Shown: one piece after another, positions 49,501-64,000 of the stretch
Numbering within the stretch: position 1 is the first letter of the stretch
How the letters are laid out: every line of letters begins with the position of its first letter
From: Raillietiella orientalis
Lineage: Eukaryota
Direction of reading: 5' to 3'
Assembly (NCBI GenBank): GCA_036172245.1
Contig: JAYWIR010000004.1
Span: 4,960,001-5,024,000, forward strand
Length of the DNA stretch: 64,000 bases
The notes under the pieces: generated by a model
Databases searched by the model: none
What the model saw: the letters and a program-made list of their open reading frames with translations, nothing else
Told to the model about the DNA's origin: nothing
Program-made: the position numbers and the translations under genes

Positions 49501-52500
49501 GGCGGCAACCATCGCCCCCTCCCTTTCAGAATGCTCCCTCTTAGCGTCTTCCTTCCTCCTGTAGAGATGAAACCTTCTCGTGGAACATCTCTGCAGTCTC
49601 ATCCCACGCCTGGCATCACAGTTCTCTCTTCTCGCACCTTCGTATTTCCGAATCTTCCTCCCCCACGGCCGATCTCCAACCTTCTTTTTTTTTTTCCCCT
49701 TCCTCAGATCCATCCTCTTGTGCACGAAGAGAGAGGGTTTCACTAAACCGATCTACGAGGTAGCGGTAGCCCGCCAAAAAGGGAGTAAAATGGAGATGAC
49801 TTGAAATAACCGCCGCCTCTCGCGTAGTGTAAAGCTCGTTGCATTCGGTTACTACGCAGGGACCAGAATTTCCTATTGAATTTGCTGGCTCTTCCAGTGA
49901 ACTTTGGTGCTCAGAAGAGTGGCCGCTCGGACCAAGCGAAACCAGGGTAACCGCGAACTGGACTCCTGCCACGATGCCCGTAATCGCCGATGCACGCCGT
50001 GACTTCCGGCGACTAACGGTGGAGAGCTGACGTCGGTGTGAGATGCGGAGATACAGAGGACGAATTTTGCAATCTGATGATGAGGAAACTGAGATCTGGT
50101 TGAGAGATCCTGAGCGAAGCTCACCAAGTTGTGCAATCCTGGAGCTGTCTATCTGCCACTCTTGCTCTGTGAGCTTCCATTTGCTGGAGTTCAGATGTCA
50201 AGGGGGCTTCGTGATTTGCTTAGTTACTTGGAAGCAGATCCGATAGGCAAAATGCGATGACGTTCATTCTATTTCTTGCAGTAAACGATAGTAAAGGCAT
50301 CCTGATTTGTTTTTCTCTCCGATTTTCTCTTCTTTCTTTTTTTCTTTTCTTTTCTTTTCTTTTTCCTTTCTCCTGCTTCTGTTCTTTTACTTGTTCTTGC
50401 TTTTTGTGCCAGTAGCCTTGGAAGTTTTCTAAAATGGATGCTCGGCGTTATTCCTATTTGACGGCCAAGGCTATTGCACTAAAAATGCGATGCCTTGACT
50501 TCTCGGTCGATCCGAAGTTCGAATTTCTAAGAGACAGATCATTCCCATGATCAGAATAATAAGTGGATAAAAGAAAACTCCTCACCAGCTTGAAAATGGT
50601 GTATCATGATACAACAAATGCCCTCTTGCCCTTGAACAAAAAGGACTATGAATTATTCGAAAATGCTTCGGGAGCTCTGGCGAATGGATTTTCATTTTCA
50701 GGAGGCTGAGAAGTATTCATGTTCGATCATTCGAAATGGACTCTGGGAATGCTGTTTCTTCTCTGTTCATCAAGACCACCTCACTTTGACTTCCTGAAGA
50801 GTCAATTTTCAAAAGGGAACACTTCGCTTCAAAAAAAAAAAAGTTCTATCACACATTAGAATCCACTAAAGAAACAAATCTACTCCACAATCACAAGTTT
50901 CCTTTCGTCTTTCTGACACGGACCCTCTCCGTCAGACTGTCTTTTGTCTACTTCTAGTTCGAACAATCCAATATGTGCGTCGGTGTTCAGTCCTTGGATT
51001 TCAGGATAAACATGGTCCTCCCTTTTGGACCTTCAATATCCGAAACTGTTGCGAGAAAAAGTCTCATTAATTTATGCTTTATATATTTAATGAGAGATCT
51101 ACTGGCGACGTGCGATTTGTTAACCAAGTACTCAACTTTAATTTTTAGCGAGTGAGATTTCATTTCCTTTAATTGCTTCGGAGGTCCTCATGTGATGATG
51201 CAATCTGTAATTTTTGCAGCAGTCTTCCTTCAGTTTTTCTCTTCGATGGAATGACAGGATTCCAAAATTGCTCATCAAGTTTTTGCTGATTGGAAGATGC
51301 ATACGTATCAGATGCTTCCGCCTGGAATACATCTCCGATGTGAGCAGTTAATTTCTATTGCATGCAGGAAACTGACTTCCTTGGTTGCGCATCCGTTACT
51401 TCATTAGCAGTGAACCCAACACCTGCCTTGAAGTTTTCGTTTATCTAAAAGCGTTGTTGGGAAAAGATCTGCCTCTCCTTTATTTCTTTTTATTTATTTT
51501 CTTATTGTTTCTCATGACTTGAAGAAAAGACAGAATGATTCGTGTTCGTGATTCTGAAGACGCAATATGATTTTCCGCTCTCCTCTACTGCGATTAGCAG
51601 CTTGCTTGCAGTTCGATTGATATGATCACCGAATGGAACTCATCCACATAGGCTTTTGAATACAAATTTGAATATGAATGGGAAATGCACCGTGTCCATT
51701 TCTCCTTCACTCTTGCTTGCATCTACGAGCAGCCATTGCCTTGAAAGTCATCCTCCTTTTAAAGACCCGAAGAAGCGTCGTCCGAAGAGATCCAGCTCAA
51801 GGTTCCCCTGCCATTCGCACTCATCCGTCATGTTTACTTTTCTTGTGGTTGCTTGATAGCAGAGATTCGCTGACAGAGTAATAGAGGCTTAGATTAAATT
51901 GATAATTAGTTAGAAAAGTTAGAAAAAAAAAAAAGCAGAAACAGATAAACATGATCATGATCGTGCTAAGAATGTGAAAGCTTGCTTACAGTTTATGAAG
52001 CACTTCATGATCATTTGGAAAAGAGTGAAGATTGCAAGAAAAGGAATGAAGAATATCGATGATGATGCCACTTATGTTTCTGGGGAGTGTCTTTACAGAG
52101 TCTATCATTGGAGGTCCTAAAAATAAACTCTGGATAGAATTTAAGATTGAAGAAGTAAAAAGAATGTTCACTGAGGATGGTTTGATTGGGCAGCACGAAA
52201 GACAGAAGAAGGAAAAACCAATGGAATAGGATCCTTGTTAAGATTAAATTAGGGGTGACTGAGAAAAACCGGGAAGAACTCCAGAATTCCATTAGCAAAT
52301 GGGAAAGCATCCATATGATGGAAAGCTGTCATTAGGGATACTTTGACAGAGATATGAAAAGGTCTAGGATGCATGTAAATCTTGGAAAAGAATCCAAAAT
52401 AGGGAATTAGGATATCAGGGAAGATTGAAATCAAGGATAAGTTGCTTTCATGAGTGAGTTTTACAGTGAATAAGAATTTTCAGGATCACTATGTTCAGAA

Positions 52501-53926
52501 GCACAGGAAGTCTCCTTGGAAGCATGGAAACAACCTGAATTGAATGCCTAGTTACTTCAAAACAGGGAATTTCAATAAGTTCAAAATGGCGATCCTCTCT
52601 GATCTTAAATAAAACCAGAACTTCTGCGAACGGAGCCACGATGGGCATCTTGTTTCCACAAGGAAAATGCTCCTGGACGTCTGAGGAGCAAAGCTTGAGC
52701 AGTTAATCTGCATGAAGTTTCAAGGTGAGCGGGGGGGGGGGGGCAATCAGAGAGCAAGAATTAGCGTCACACACATCATGAATACCCACACCAAAAAAAA
52801 GCATACACACACAGACATCATGAATAGGGCACAAGTAGTACCTAGAAGCAACTAGTCAATTCTTCAAGTGAATGTCCTCCTAATTATTCAGAATTTGGAC
52901 TGAATTCCGGAAATACATGCTGCTGATAAACAGACCTGTTGCAGAATTCACGAATCAAGAGAAGTTACATTTTTGGATGGGCACACTTTTCCTTTTCATT
53001 TGTATTTTTTATACCAAGAAGCAGAGCTCAGCACCCTGCAATTTATAACTGAAGATGCTTAAGTGGTTTAAGCATATCCCATGGAGCAAAGCGGCTGTAT
53101 GGGAAGCATTTGGAGGTATTTTTAAAGTATGTTTGGGAAAATTAGAATGTGAGATTTTGTGCTCCGATCACGGATTTTTATTTTTTATTTTTTGAAGCAT
53201 TCGATTATACAGGATAGATTGACTTGAGTGTGCATATAGGAAAGGCTTGCCAAGATCATTGCAAATCTAATTCCATATCTCGAGTTTCCATTTGAATTGG
53301 AATGTAAGGACTTCAATGATTTCCTATCCCTTCTAGTATCTAGAATCAGACGAGCTATTGAATTTATACCAAACAGTTGATAGTGACTGATAAGAGTGAA
53401 AGTCCGGGCACACGCTTGATAAATACCGTAATTTTATATCGATAATAAATAATCAGTACTGTTAATTCCAAAGCAAATTTTGTTTCGCCGCCTCTCTTGA
53501 AATCGCCACATACAGGAACATGTGAAGAGTTCAAAGCAAACTATCAAAAAAACGTCGAATACAGTTTTCCGAGCGTGGAGACGAAGGTGTGCCGGTGCCA
53601 AGGCGACAGGCAACGCTGCTTCTCTTTGTCTCTGGTTGACTTTTGATCCTTTTTATCGTTCTCAAATGTATGTGTACATACTGTAGTTATATTTGAGTGA
53701 AAAAACGTGGACACACTGTTTATGGCTTCCAATGATCCCATGTGAGCGCTTTCGGATTTCGTTCCACCATGTGCTTTCTTTTTAGAATTCAATGTTGTGC
53801 TTGGTTAGGGTTAGCTGGGACGAAAAGAATCTTCTCATTGCGTAAAATAGTATATTCGTAACATGTTTACGTAATGAATTGATTTCCGAGTAGCAACATC
53901 GGTGCTTGAGACTCATGTATTTTCAA

Positions 53927-54300
53927 CTAAGTGTGCATGTATTGTCCGAGCACTTCGGCTGTCTTGTGTCTGTTTTTGGAACAAACGAGTCCATTATTCC
54001 TGTGTACAGTCATCAGCGCGATGACTTTAAGCCGTTCGCAAAGGCCATGTAATTGGGCAAATCGATCATTCGTTAACACCCACCAGCAATCCGCCATCTC
54101 CCAAATCAACATGGTTCCGTCACTCGCGATGAACTGCTGCCATCGCGCTCCAGAACCATATTCTGGGAACATCGCTTGTACCCTCCCCATTGTATGCATA
54201 TCTCAGAAGCTGGAATCTCGTTAGCATAGTTCCAAAAGAAGCACTCGACCTCCGTGCAAAGCAAATGCATCCAAGTCCCATTTGTTGTAATCCCCTCCGA
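53927..54300 (-). pseudogene. Possible degenerate roadblock-fold (LAMTOR2-like) retrocopy
   Basis: ORF 53927-54199 (HTMGRVQ...EYGSGARWQQFIAS...NDRFAQLHGLCERLKVIA...LVC...AEVLGQYM) loosely parallels LAMTOR2 as remembered. By eye only. Confidence 0.25.
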
Positions 54301-57300
54301 AGCAGATAAAGGAAGATTTGATAAAAGCAAAAACAAAAAAAGGGGGAAAAGAAAAAAGAAGAAGAAGAAACGCGAAGCGAATCTGGCGCGATGATCATTG
54401 TCCAAACTCACGGAAAGGTCCCTCCCCATCCTCGATTCCATGTTTGTGAATCGTAGGTGCACGAAAGAAACTCATTTCGATGCCGGCAAATGCTCGATAC
54501 GCTGGGGGAGACCACGTCGATCTGTTCCGTATGGAGCAGCCCGCAAGACCAGCAGCAAAAGAGTAAAAAAATTTCCTTTGATAAGCGCTTTCGGGTTACA
54601 TGGCAGAGTTCATATTTACACACGTGCAAGCCTATTTGCTCAATCCTTTATTAGCAGGGAGATGATGATAACTTTTTCGGCGGGCGTGATGACCGACAGG
54701 TCACAGAACTAGCATGGGACTCGAAAATGGAAGCAGGAAAACAATTTGGAAGAGCTCTCGATAGCTTTTCCCCTCGATAGTTGCTGCAATGCAGTCCCGA
54801 GTGGAAATAACCGCAGTAGGAAACTGGATTGGAATCGCATTTCTTTCTTTGTGTGTTGTAGTCCTATTAAAATAGGACTTTCAGAGATACTACTACTACT
54901 TTCAGAGATAAGGGCAGGATTCTGTCAGAAGTCGAGGACCCTTCCCCTCAACCAGAATGGTGACGAACGGTGAAGGAAGGGTCTCTGAGAACTCTGTAAA
55001 GACAAAAATAGTTTCTGAACCGACCGAAGGAAATGTCCGCAAAGCTCACCGCAATAATGAATTCTTTTGCATTGCCGATGCCGGAGGACCTTTACACAAT
55101 CTCATGATGTCAGTTCAGAGAAACAGCAGCTTCTCCGAAAGAAAAAACAAAAAAAAAAAGGATTTGAAGTCAGCGATTTAAACTTTCCACGACAGTTTTC
55201 CGTTCGACCCCACTGGAATCCCCTATGAGAAATCTCCCGCGTTTGAGGGAGAATTCTACCTGCTTTGCGTCCCGATATCGGGTTTAATACGAACGCCACT
55301 CCTACACTTTCATGTTTGAACTGTTTCGAATGCCTCACAGCAGCCTCGTCCTCGCCGCCAGAAACGGTTGTTGTTGTGTTCCAGCAAGCAGAGCAAGGAA
55401 GGAGAGCTCAGACTGAACAAAGAGCACGCAGTCATCCCGTGGAGTTTCCGGCTGGAGTACAGCGAGGAAGTGTTTTGACTCGAACTCAACCTGGCTGAAC
55501 AAAGCCCCAAATGGGATGCCAAGGAAAACAGACGCCCGAACCCCGAGGACCGACGCGGTGGCTTTCCTTTCTTGGCAGCCTGTAAGGAGTGACGGTGCTT
55601 CTTCTTCACGCACGACTCGACGTCGCCTGAAGCCTCCCTCAAAGTCTTCTTGGGATCATGGGGTCGAGAAGTCACCGAAAGAGGCCAGTCGAACGATGAG
55701 CTCATTGCTAATCGTATGCTCCCCCATGAGGGAGTCGAAAAGATGGCCGCGCATCTCTTCCAACAAAAGGAACAAGTTGCCAACATCCTCCAGAGGATGC
55801 TGAGGACGCCGGGAAGAAACCTGTGACCCCTTCGCTTCCTTCCCCACACATTTTTCAACTGAAATTTTGCATTTGTGTTTTTTTTTGTTTTTGTCCACCC
55901 CTTGCCTCACTCCTGTGCGGACCTCATCGAGGGAGCTGCTTACGAGAAGCGGCGCCTCCGAGGCACCTCCCTTCGCAGTGGTGATGTAAAAAACCACTAC
56001 GAAAACATTTTTATATTTTCTGTGAAATATTTTTTTCACAAGAAACTCTCCGACGTGAAAACAGGAATTGACGCGGACATGAACGAGGCACACACTCCTC
56101 TCCTGTCTCTCTAAATTTCGATCGGGAAGAAGGACATTCAGTGCTCAGTCAGCACCAGCTTCGTTCGCTAAAATCACCAAAGGATGCGGAGACCGCATTC
56201 TGTCCTTCACGTTCCCTGCTGGATTGTTAATCCACAAACAGGGGAACGTGAGGTGGGGTCAAACAGCTATCGCGAGACAGATCCATTGATGAATGGTCCT
56301 TGCCTAGCAAGAGAAGAACCACAGCTTCTTTGGTCGAACGGCCCGCGGAGCGAAGACACCACCCGCCGGATGGTGCCTGAACACCTCCTAGGCAGGATCC
56401 GTCCTAGTCGAGAGCTACAGTGCCGTCGCACCTCTGAAGTCGGGGGACAGGTCAGGCATGCTGGGACTTTTCGTCTGTTCTTTAGAGATGGGTTCCCGCC
56501 GCAGCCTCCGCCAAGCCCCGGCCAGAGGAATCCTCGTTCCTTCGGGCAGCGCGCGGATGGACCTCAGCCCGAGGACGAGCGCGTTTTCGCCGTCCGGAGC
56601 GTCATCGAGCATCCAGCATGGAGAACCTGGGGGTGTCGAATCGTCTGTAGATGACTTGCCTACCCGACCGGGGTGCTGTATTTGGTAGAACAGCCACCAC
56701 ACTCCGAACTATTGAGACCAAGTCCTTCTTATGGTCGACGATTTATCAAAAGGAACTAAAAAAAAGGGAGAGAGAGAGGGCTGTGTTCTATCAAAACCTC
56801 AACTGCATTTCAGATTTTGACGAATCACAAGCAGCAGCCTGGCTCATGATCAGACGGTGCCAAGAAAAAAAGGGGAACCTCGTTTTGGGGGGAAGCGAAC
56901 TGTACTCGGAGCTCCTTGGGGAAAAGCTCCTATCGAACAGAAAGCAGGGAGGGGCGCCGTCTGCGACTCGGAGAAACGAGAAGTGCGCAGTTGCAGCTCT
57001 CGAATTTTCCGATCCCGACGAACGACCGAGCGGAATCGACTTCGCTGCTCTGGAAGATGTCCACGCACAAGCAGGCTGCCGGCAGGCACCGCGGTGCCGC
57101 ACCTCGAGCGGGTCGCGCACGTCCCGATCGATGGCGGCCGCCAATGGAACGTCTCCGACTGCAGCCAGCGATCGATAAGCGTTCCTTCTTCCCCTGAGCA
57201 AAGCTCCGACAGATGCCGAAAGACGAGCAGGAGGGGGAACCCTTCTCGGGTGCGACCACAGATCGAGAGGGGAGGGGAAAGGGGGAGAGAAAAGAAATGC

Positions 57301-60300
57301 AGAGGACTCTCGGCCTTTTGAGAAGTGGCTTCGGCGGAGCTCCGGCAGAATAGAAAGGATTCGACGCTCCGACAGCAGGAGACTGGGAATCGGCGCGAGA
57401 GGAAATTTCTGGAAGGTTACCAGAGCAGATGACAGCAGGGATGGCGATGGAAATGCTGCCTGAATGGTCTCCAGAGTTCCTGAAATTCGCTGGGAGAGGG
57501 AACGGTCGCTTACTATCCCAGGAGAAAGGAGCGAGGCTGAACGGAACGACAACTTCCGCTCCGGATAACGAAGAACAAAACCGGGAGCATGAGAGAATGC
57601 GGTAAAATGAAAACGGGATCCGGGGCTGCGCTAAAAAACAAGGGATATCTGGGGGAAGGAGGGAGGGGGGAGGGGATCACTGTCCGATAAGGGGTGAAAT
57701 TCCAACGCCTTCTTCGGACAGGAGACGCGAGCGTGACGATCACACTAGTGGATCTTTGCGGGGCCTCCGGGAGTTTTCAGCCAGTCTCACTGTTCCTCAG
57801 AATCCACTCGTGGAAGGTTACGTAGAGAGTGGAGCTTTGCTGACTTGCGTGTTTGCCTTCGGGAGGGGCAGAAGCCTCGGAGTGCCGTTGCGGCGACGCG
57901 CCTCTCCCCCGAGGTCGGCTGCAGACGGAGCCGAATTTTATCGACCAGCCACAGGAGTGCCTGAAATGCACGCGGAACGGTTCGACGCGCGGGGATCGAA
58001 GTCTACCAGTCGATGGTGCCGCCTCCAGCCGCCTAAGAGATATCGGCTCTGCCTGTTTACCGCGCAGCATTATCTCCGAGATGTTTTGCCTGTGGTTCTG
58101 TGGCTAGCTAGTGGTCTGCCTCTCTCCCAAGGACATCTGCTCCGAATCCGGCGAGAAACCGCAGCAATGCTTCGAAGATGAGAAGGGGAAATTTTCTCTG
58201 CAGGAATTTTGCAATCATATACTTCTGATTCAAAAATACTCCTGCCTGATTTCTGGGATGCATCCCATCGTGCCTACTCTTTTCGCTCACGAATCCAATT
58301 GATTTTCCTTCGGAATGATAAGTGAGGAAGAGGGAAAGAAAGCAAAACGAAGGGCAAAAAAAAAAAAGAAAAAACCTTCCTCCTCTTTGATTGCGATCGT
58401 CTTCTTACGAGGGACGAAACACACGACCATGACGCCTCCTAGGAGCCGCGCTGCTCTGCGATACATACCGCTGTTGCGAATGACTGACGATTCCAGCAAG
58501 CATGGCGGAGGAGGCTGCACCAGATGCTAAGATTCTGAACGCGGAATGAGATGATTCCATCGTCAGTAGTGATCCGCAACGAGACGAACGTGGAAAAAAT
58601 CATTCATTCGGCCTACTCGGAAGCGATGTGAAAAACGTCGTCTGCTTTGTACCTACTGACTCCCGCTGCGGACAAGCAAGGCATACCAGAACATTTATTT
58701 GCCTCCCCCTAATTATATAGTGAAGGAACGACTCGGCTTTCTTCTCTAGAGCTACAACAACAAACCAAAAAAAAAAAAAAAAAAAGCACCAGGGGCCGGA
58801 ATATCTAAAGTGGTTTAAGAATTTCATCGTCTGATGATGATACGAGGAAGCTTCGAGCTAATAAAAGCTTGGATCCATCAAGACAAATCGCTCACCTTAC
58901 ATTGTTTGTGTTGACATTTTGTGGTACAAAATCAGTCCTGCAGCCACAGTGTACATCAGCAAGCGTCATGTGGGAAAACGTTTCATTTGAATGATGCTTT
59001 GACAATGACTACAAGTACGGATGTTTGGGAATCACCAACCGAAAACTGGATTTTATGATCGTAGCTAAAGCGAACATCATTGGGATCTTACGTCGGTGGC
59101 TTTGAGGTGCAAGTCCTTCGTAATGAAGTGAAAAGGATGAGTAAATAACCCAGCCTTCTAAGTTTCCTAGAGTTGCCAAGTATAAAAGATCTCCTTAGAA
59201 CAAGCAGTGACGATGCACTTTTCTTCCTTTTCAAAGCAAGAAATGGATTCAAAAAGTGGGATTTCCAAAACAGCATCGATTGGTTAAATCTAAAATGCAT
59301 GGTTGCAAAGGTATAAGTGACACATCGTAGCTACAGCCTATATGGTCACGTGAGCCAATTTGTCTAGATTAGATTGGCATAGGTATCTCGGCTTCTTGGC
59401 GAAGACAAGTGTCTTGGATTCCGATGAAACATCTGTTTACGAAATAGTCAAGAATGCATTGGGCAAAAACATGACTCCACTGTATTCAGTACTTTCTATT
59501 TAAGAGTCGGCCTTTGGAGAAACGCACAAAAAAAGCTGGCCGATAATTTCGGAACATTTATTCGAAATGGATATAAGCCTAGCCCACTCTAGCTTAGCGA
59601 GTCGGCATTTCCCTGACAGCAGAACGAAATTTCCTACATGTTGAATTACATGTACACAGACAGAAATCTTATGATGAGGTCTATCCATGGATAAAGCCGA
59701 CCCTCAAAAGTTATCGAATCCTTTCAGATGAAATCAGATCACATCTTCCACATTTTGCAGACAATAATTGTGTCCAATACATGAGTTTGGCTCGTCTTAA
59801 CAAGGAACCTTATTGCTTGAGCACTGACATCGATGTTTGATCCTTATTTCTCACTCATTTGATATGATGCCTAATTTTTTTTTTCTTTTCCTATGCTTGT
59901 TTATAGAAAAGAACTCTTGAATCCATGCAAATAAGAACGAAAAAGACACTGTACATTTACGATAACTCTTATGCTACTGGCATACTTCTTTGAGAGTTTG
60001 TTACCTATTGTGTGCGGATATTGAAGACAACCATGAGGTTTTCCAAAAGCAGCTTCTTGGTTTCATCACACTCGCAAATCACAGACGCAAGATTATTCGC
60101 AGATTGGAAATAGTGAGAAGAGCTAAGGAATATGATGAAACGCCTAGAAAACATAATGAATCCTTTTTTTTTTTTTTCGTGCAATTCATCTTCCACGAAC
60201 ATAAGCACTCTCTAGATTTGTGTTTAAAGGTGAATAGACAAAACGTCCATCAAAAAAAATAAAATACGGGTATCACAAAACTGAAAAAGGAAGATATTAT

Positions 60301-63300
60301 TTATTCCCGAAAAATTGGGATATGCTTCAAAATTCAACAAGGATCTCTACTGATCGTTTAAACTGTCTTAAAAAAAAAAAAAAAGGATTCGTTTTTAGCC
60401 AAGTCAAGGGAATGTTTTCATAAGTTTTTGTCTTCATAGTTCACATCACCCGAAAACTTCTCTAATGCACCTCGTGTGAACACAAGCATCCTGAGTAATA
60501 CGAAATATATGTGTGTTTAGAAGTTCTTTTTTTGCACTAATTTAGAAAATAAGTTCTTATATTTGAAAAGGTCTAATTACAGAGTGATTATGAATACGCA
60601 TCAAATTCCAGTGGTTTCTCGAAGAGATTACGAAATAAAAACTATTCGAGCAGTTTGCAGAGAGAAATTGTCTCAAACTCAATAATTCTCAAACTCACCT
60701 GCTTTTTAGAAAAAAACGAAATGTATGTATTGCTCTCCCAATGTTACTTGCAACATGCAGACGTTGAACTCTTCATGATAACAATTTAGGTTGTAGAGCT
60801 TCTTTTTTTTTTTAACATAAGCAACTCTCAAAATAACCTCCATGTCGAATTTGAGTTTTTTAAAAAAAGAAAGTAAAAATTAATTTCAGAAAAGCGAGCA
60901 ACTCAGTTATACCGATGTCAATTGTTCTCATTTTTGCAAGGAGTAGAAATTAATAAATGAAGAGGAATAGAAGCTTGCGAAATTGCTCCTTGATTATCAA
61001 CTGGTGGCTAGTTACAATCATGATTTCATGAGTATATGTATCTTCACTGTCAGAGCACTCAGATTTCTTACCGGTGTCTTTCATTCTGGAGATATTCCTG
61101 AGTCTGTTCACAATAGATGCTTTTTGAAAAACTGAATATGAATAGTGGGAATGAACAATGAAGCGTAATGTATAAACCTAATCTGATGTATAAGATTACC
61201 AGGAAAAAGAACCACAAAATAGTGGATAAGTAGAATAAGAAGCACTTCCTGTGGGCTATTGAAAACGGAAGCAGAATTCAGATTTCTTTATTGGTTTCTT
61301 CGAATTTCGATGTTTCTTGTGGAATTTGACTACCACTCAAACCTTGGTAACACTGATCTTGCTTCCTTTGAGTTGCAGTTGTACAATTCCGTTCCAAATC
61401 CCATATGAATTTCTTCATGATAAATCACGCCAGTTTCCATTATTTTCATACTCAATTTGTGTTCATGAGTATACTTCCTCTTCTGATATGCTCACTACTG
61501 TTTTTACCTCGTTTCATCGCATTCGCCTAATCCCAAAAGTTCTTCCCCTCCCCCTCCCCTCTTGCCCCTCACACGCACAAGATCAACATTTAAGTTTTTA
61601 GGTTTAGTATGTGTTAAAAATCCATGATGTTAAGAGCGCTTATCTGTCGAGTTTACCGAAACAAGAATGTTACTCATCATGATGGCAGGGTATTTTAGAA
61701 ATCAGATATCTGAGATGCAGATGAATTTCCCTCGATGTAATGGAGGCAAAACTAGGATTCACATGTGAATTTCCAAAAAAACATTGGGCATCAAAAGAAT
61801 GAAACAGCATTCTTTAGTTATCAAAATCTGAACAACTAAAGAATGCTTGTTCGACTTCTGAATGCATTTCGAAATCTGAATACCTTTTGACATAAAAAAT
61901 GGAATTATGGACATGAAAGTAATAGTTGCAATTGAAATTTATCATACTTTCAACACAAAGAGATAACAAAACATGGAAGATGTTTCAGTTGAGTGAATCT
62001 AAGCTCAGGAATGGGAAAAATAAATTTGCAAGTGCTTATTTTTCTCTGTATGCTGGACTCCTTGGCTTTCCATCACTCTTTCAGATTTATTGCTATGCAA
62101 TATTTCAGGGACCTTAAGCAAACAAAAAATTTTTTTTCCGAGTTCACTTACAAGTCATGTTGTTACCACAAGCATGCTGAAGTGATAATTTGCTATAGTC
62201 AATTACAGGATTCTAAGCCAGTTGAATTCCACGGGGAGAGAAACTAAATTTCATACACCTTATATTATTCAAAGAAATGAAAATTTCCTTGAATAAAATA
62301 ATGTGCAAATGAATGAGCATCCACCAAGCAATGAGAAGCAATCCATCTGTAAACTATATTTATTTGGAGTCGAGAATGTATCAAAAATCATCTCGTTGCA
62401 AACAGCTTTCCATGATGGTGGCGTGAAGCCTCCACGAAATCCTGTTCAAAATATTTGTTGCGCAAAAGAAGGCAGCGGAATCGAAGACAGGCGACGAACG
62501 GAAACCTTACTTACAAAAGGAATGGTTTTATTGATGTCAACCTCTATGGTAATGGTATAGCTTGAAAATAAGACTGATTTCTTGTATGATTTCGTATTTT
62601 CCGGAGTTTTTAATGTACATAAAATCCCATTTACTTGCATTCGGAACTTTGTCAACATTTTTCAAAGCCAAGTTGTATGGTAATCATTAAATAGCGGCGT
62701 AAATAATTAGGAAGCTATAAATGTTTATCATAAAACTGATGGTGAAAAAATTCTTAATCTCTTATTTCCTCAAACGAATCTCATAATGTGCTGTCTTCTT
62801 ATTTTTGGAACTTACGCATACTGAGTATGTTTTTTTCTTTTTACTATTCTTTGGATATGAAACTTATTAAGAATAGACATCATAATAATCATGAATGTTT
62901 AATTACCTATGAAACAATAAAAGCCAGAAAACAAGGAAGGCATTACTCACACTTGAGATTAATTGCCTTTTGTTTGTTGCCTGTCTTCATATGTGTTTTT
63001 TCCTTCTTAAGAAGTGCTGTTGTTCAGAAGGGAGATTAACCAATAAATTAAGCACTGTACAATTTTGAATCAGCTCATGGTAAATTTTGGTAAATTTTGC
63101 TAAGTGTGATTGATGTGACAATCATTCAGAGCTAGCAAGCAAGTTGTACTTTTCATAAATTTATGTATTCAAACTGAAAACTAATTAATAATTTACCAAA
63201 AGTTTCAGTTTACATACATAAGCATTTAAAATGTCCAAGCAAACTTGGACTTTTACAACTTTCGAATTCTCGGTTGAGCTTTTTTGTATGATGTAGTGTG

Positions 63301-64000
63301 AATTGATATGTTAAATGAGATTCTTGCTTTTAATTAAGAATGAAAGCTTCCAATATAGATTTCAGGTTGGAAATTTCACAAATGTTCTGCATCGGTTTGG
63401 GGCAACAGTTAAAGGGAGGAAAGTGCGTGATCCACAAAATCCAAAAAATGCTAAAACATTCCATGATTCATTAATGAATTGCAAAGTCATTGCAAAAGTC
63501 ATTGTAAACTTGGCCAACTTATACTTTCAACGCAGTATCGATCAGCAGAGGAGGACGACTTTATATAAACCCTGGAACTGTGGCCCTAAAACGTGCAAAA
63601 TGCTAAAATTTGTATTTCCAATATGTATGATTAAATAGGAGAATAAGTTAGATGAAAACCGGCAATTCCATACGAGGCCGAAAAAACGATATGTTTCAGC
63701 TTTTTGAATTGTAGGTCCAAGCCTTAGATAATTTTGTAACCCTAGAACTTTAAAGACATCAAGAAACTCAGAAATCGAAGGAACATGTATAGGCTTGAGT
63801 ATCCTGTACTTTCAGCATACAGGAATTTGTCTACGTCATAAGTTTATGGTAACCATTTTGTTAGATGCGTGACGGTAGTTCCGCTTGTAGTTGTTCGTGA
63901 TGATTGCTAGTGATTAAATTTCAGTAACGGCTTATAGTTTGTTTTTTTTGTTTTTTTTTTTACAAAGATTCTTGTAAAATAACAGCAGCTAGCTTAATGT

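Noticed and set aside
51950..52720. LRR gene remnant on the minus strand
   Set aside because: Only scattered LxxLxL-like words with many stops.
58829..58895. C/D snoRNA or hammerhead at CTGATGATGA
   Set aside because: No matching D box with terminal stem, and no GAAA-closed stem II.
58900..59850. Ionotropic-receptor-like pseudogene
   Set aside because: Faint resemblance only (PSIKDL, KPSPL); not supportable without a search.
1..64000. CRISPR array, operon or prokaryotic defence system
   Set aside because: No regularly spaced repeat-spacer array, and the genes carry spliceosomal introns.

Overview
Eukaryotic (invertebrate, arthropod-like) genomic DNA with spliceosomal GT-AG introns, many only 41-59 nt long. 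There is no prokaryotic signal: no operons, CRISPR or rRNA. Two genes can be reconstructed by hand on the minus strand: (1) a complete 6-exon Derlin-1 (5486-9668, 237 aa, C-terminal SHP-like box); (2) a ~19 kb multi-exon vitellogenin/large lipid transfer protein gene (22014-41216) with signal peptide, LPD-N-like N-terminus, vWD domain with CGLCG, TATA-like box and poly(A) signal. An intronless, frameshifted copy of a three-dsRBM Loquacious/TRBP gene lies at ~13180-14083. The rest is AT-rich spacer and decayed transposon or gene debris (hAT, LINE, RLE-type non-LTR, NACHT). The most unusual element is a ~720-nt tRNA-headed, hairpin-packed repeat with five copies, two ~99% identical. It has fixed 5' and 3' boundaries, no poly(A) tail and apparent stem covariation. 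All family assignments are by eye from remembered motifs; no database searches were run.
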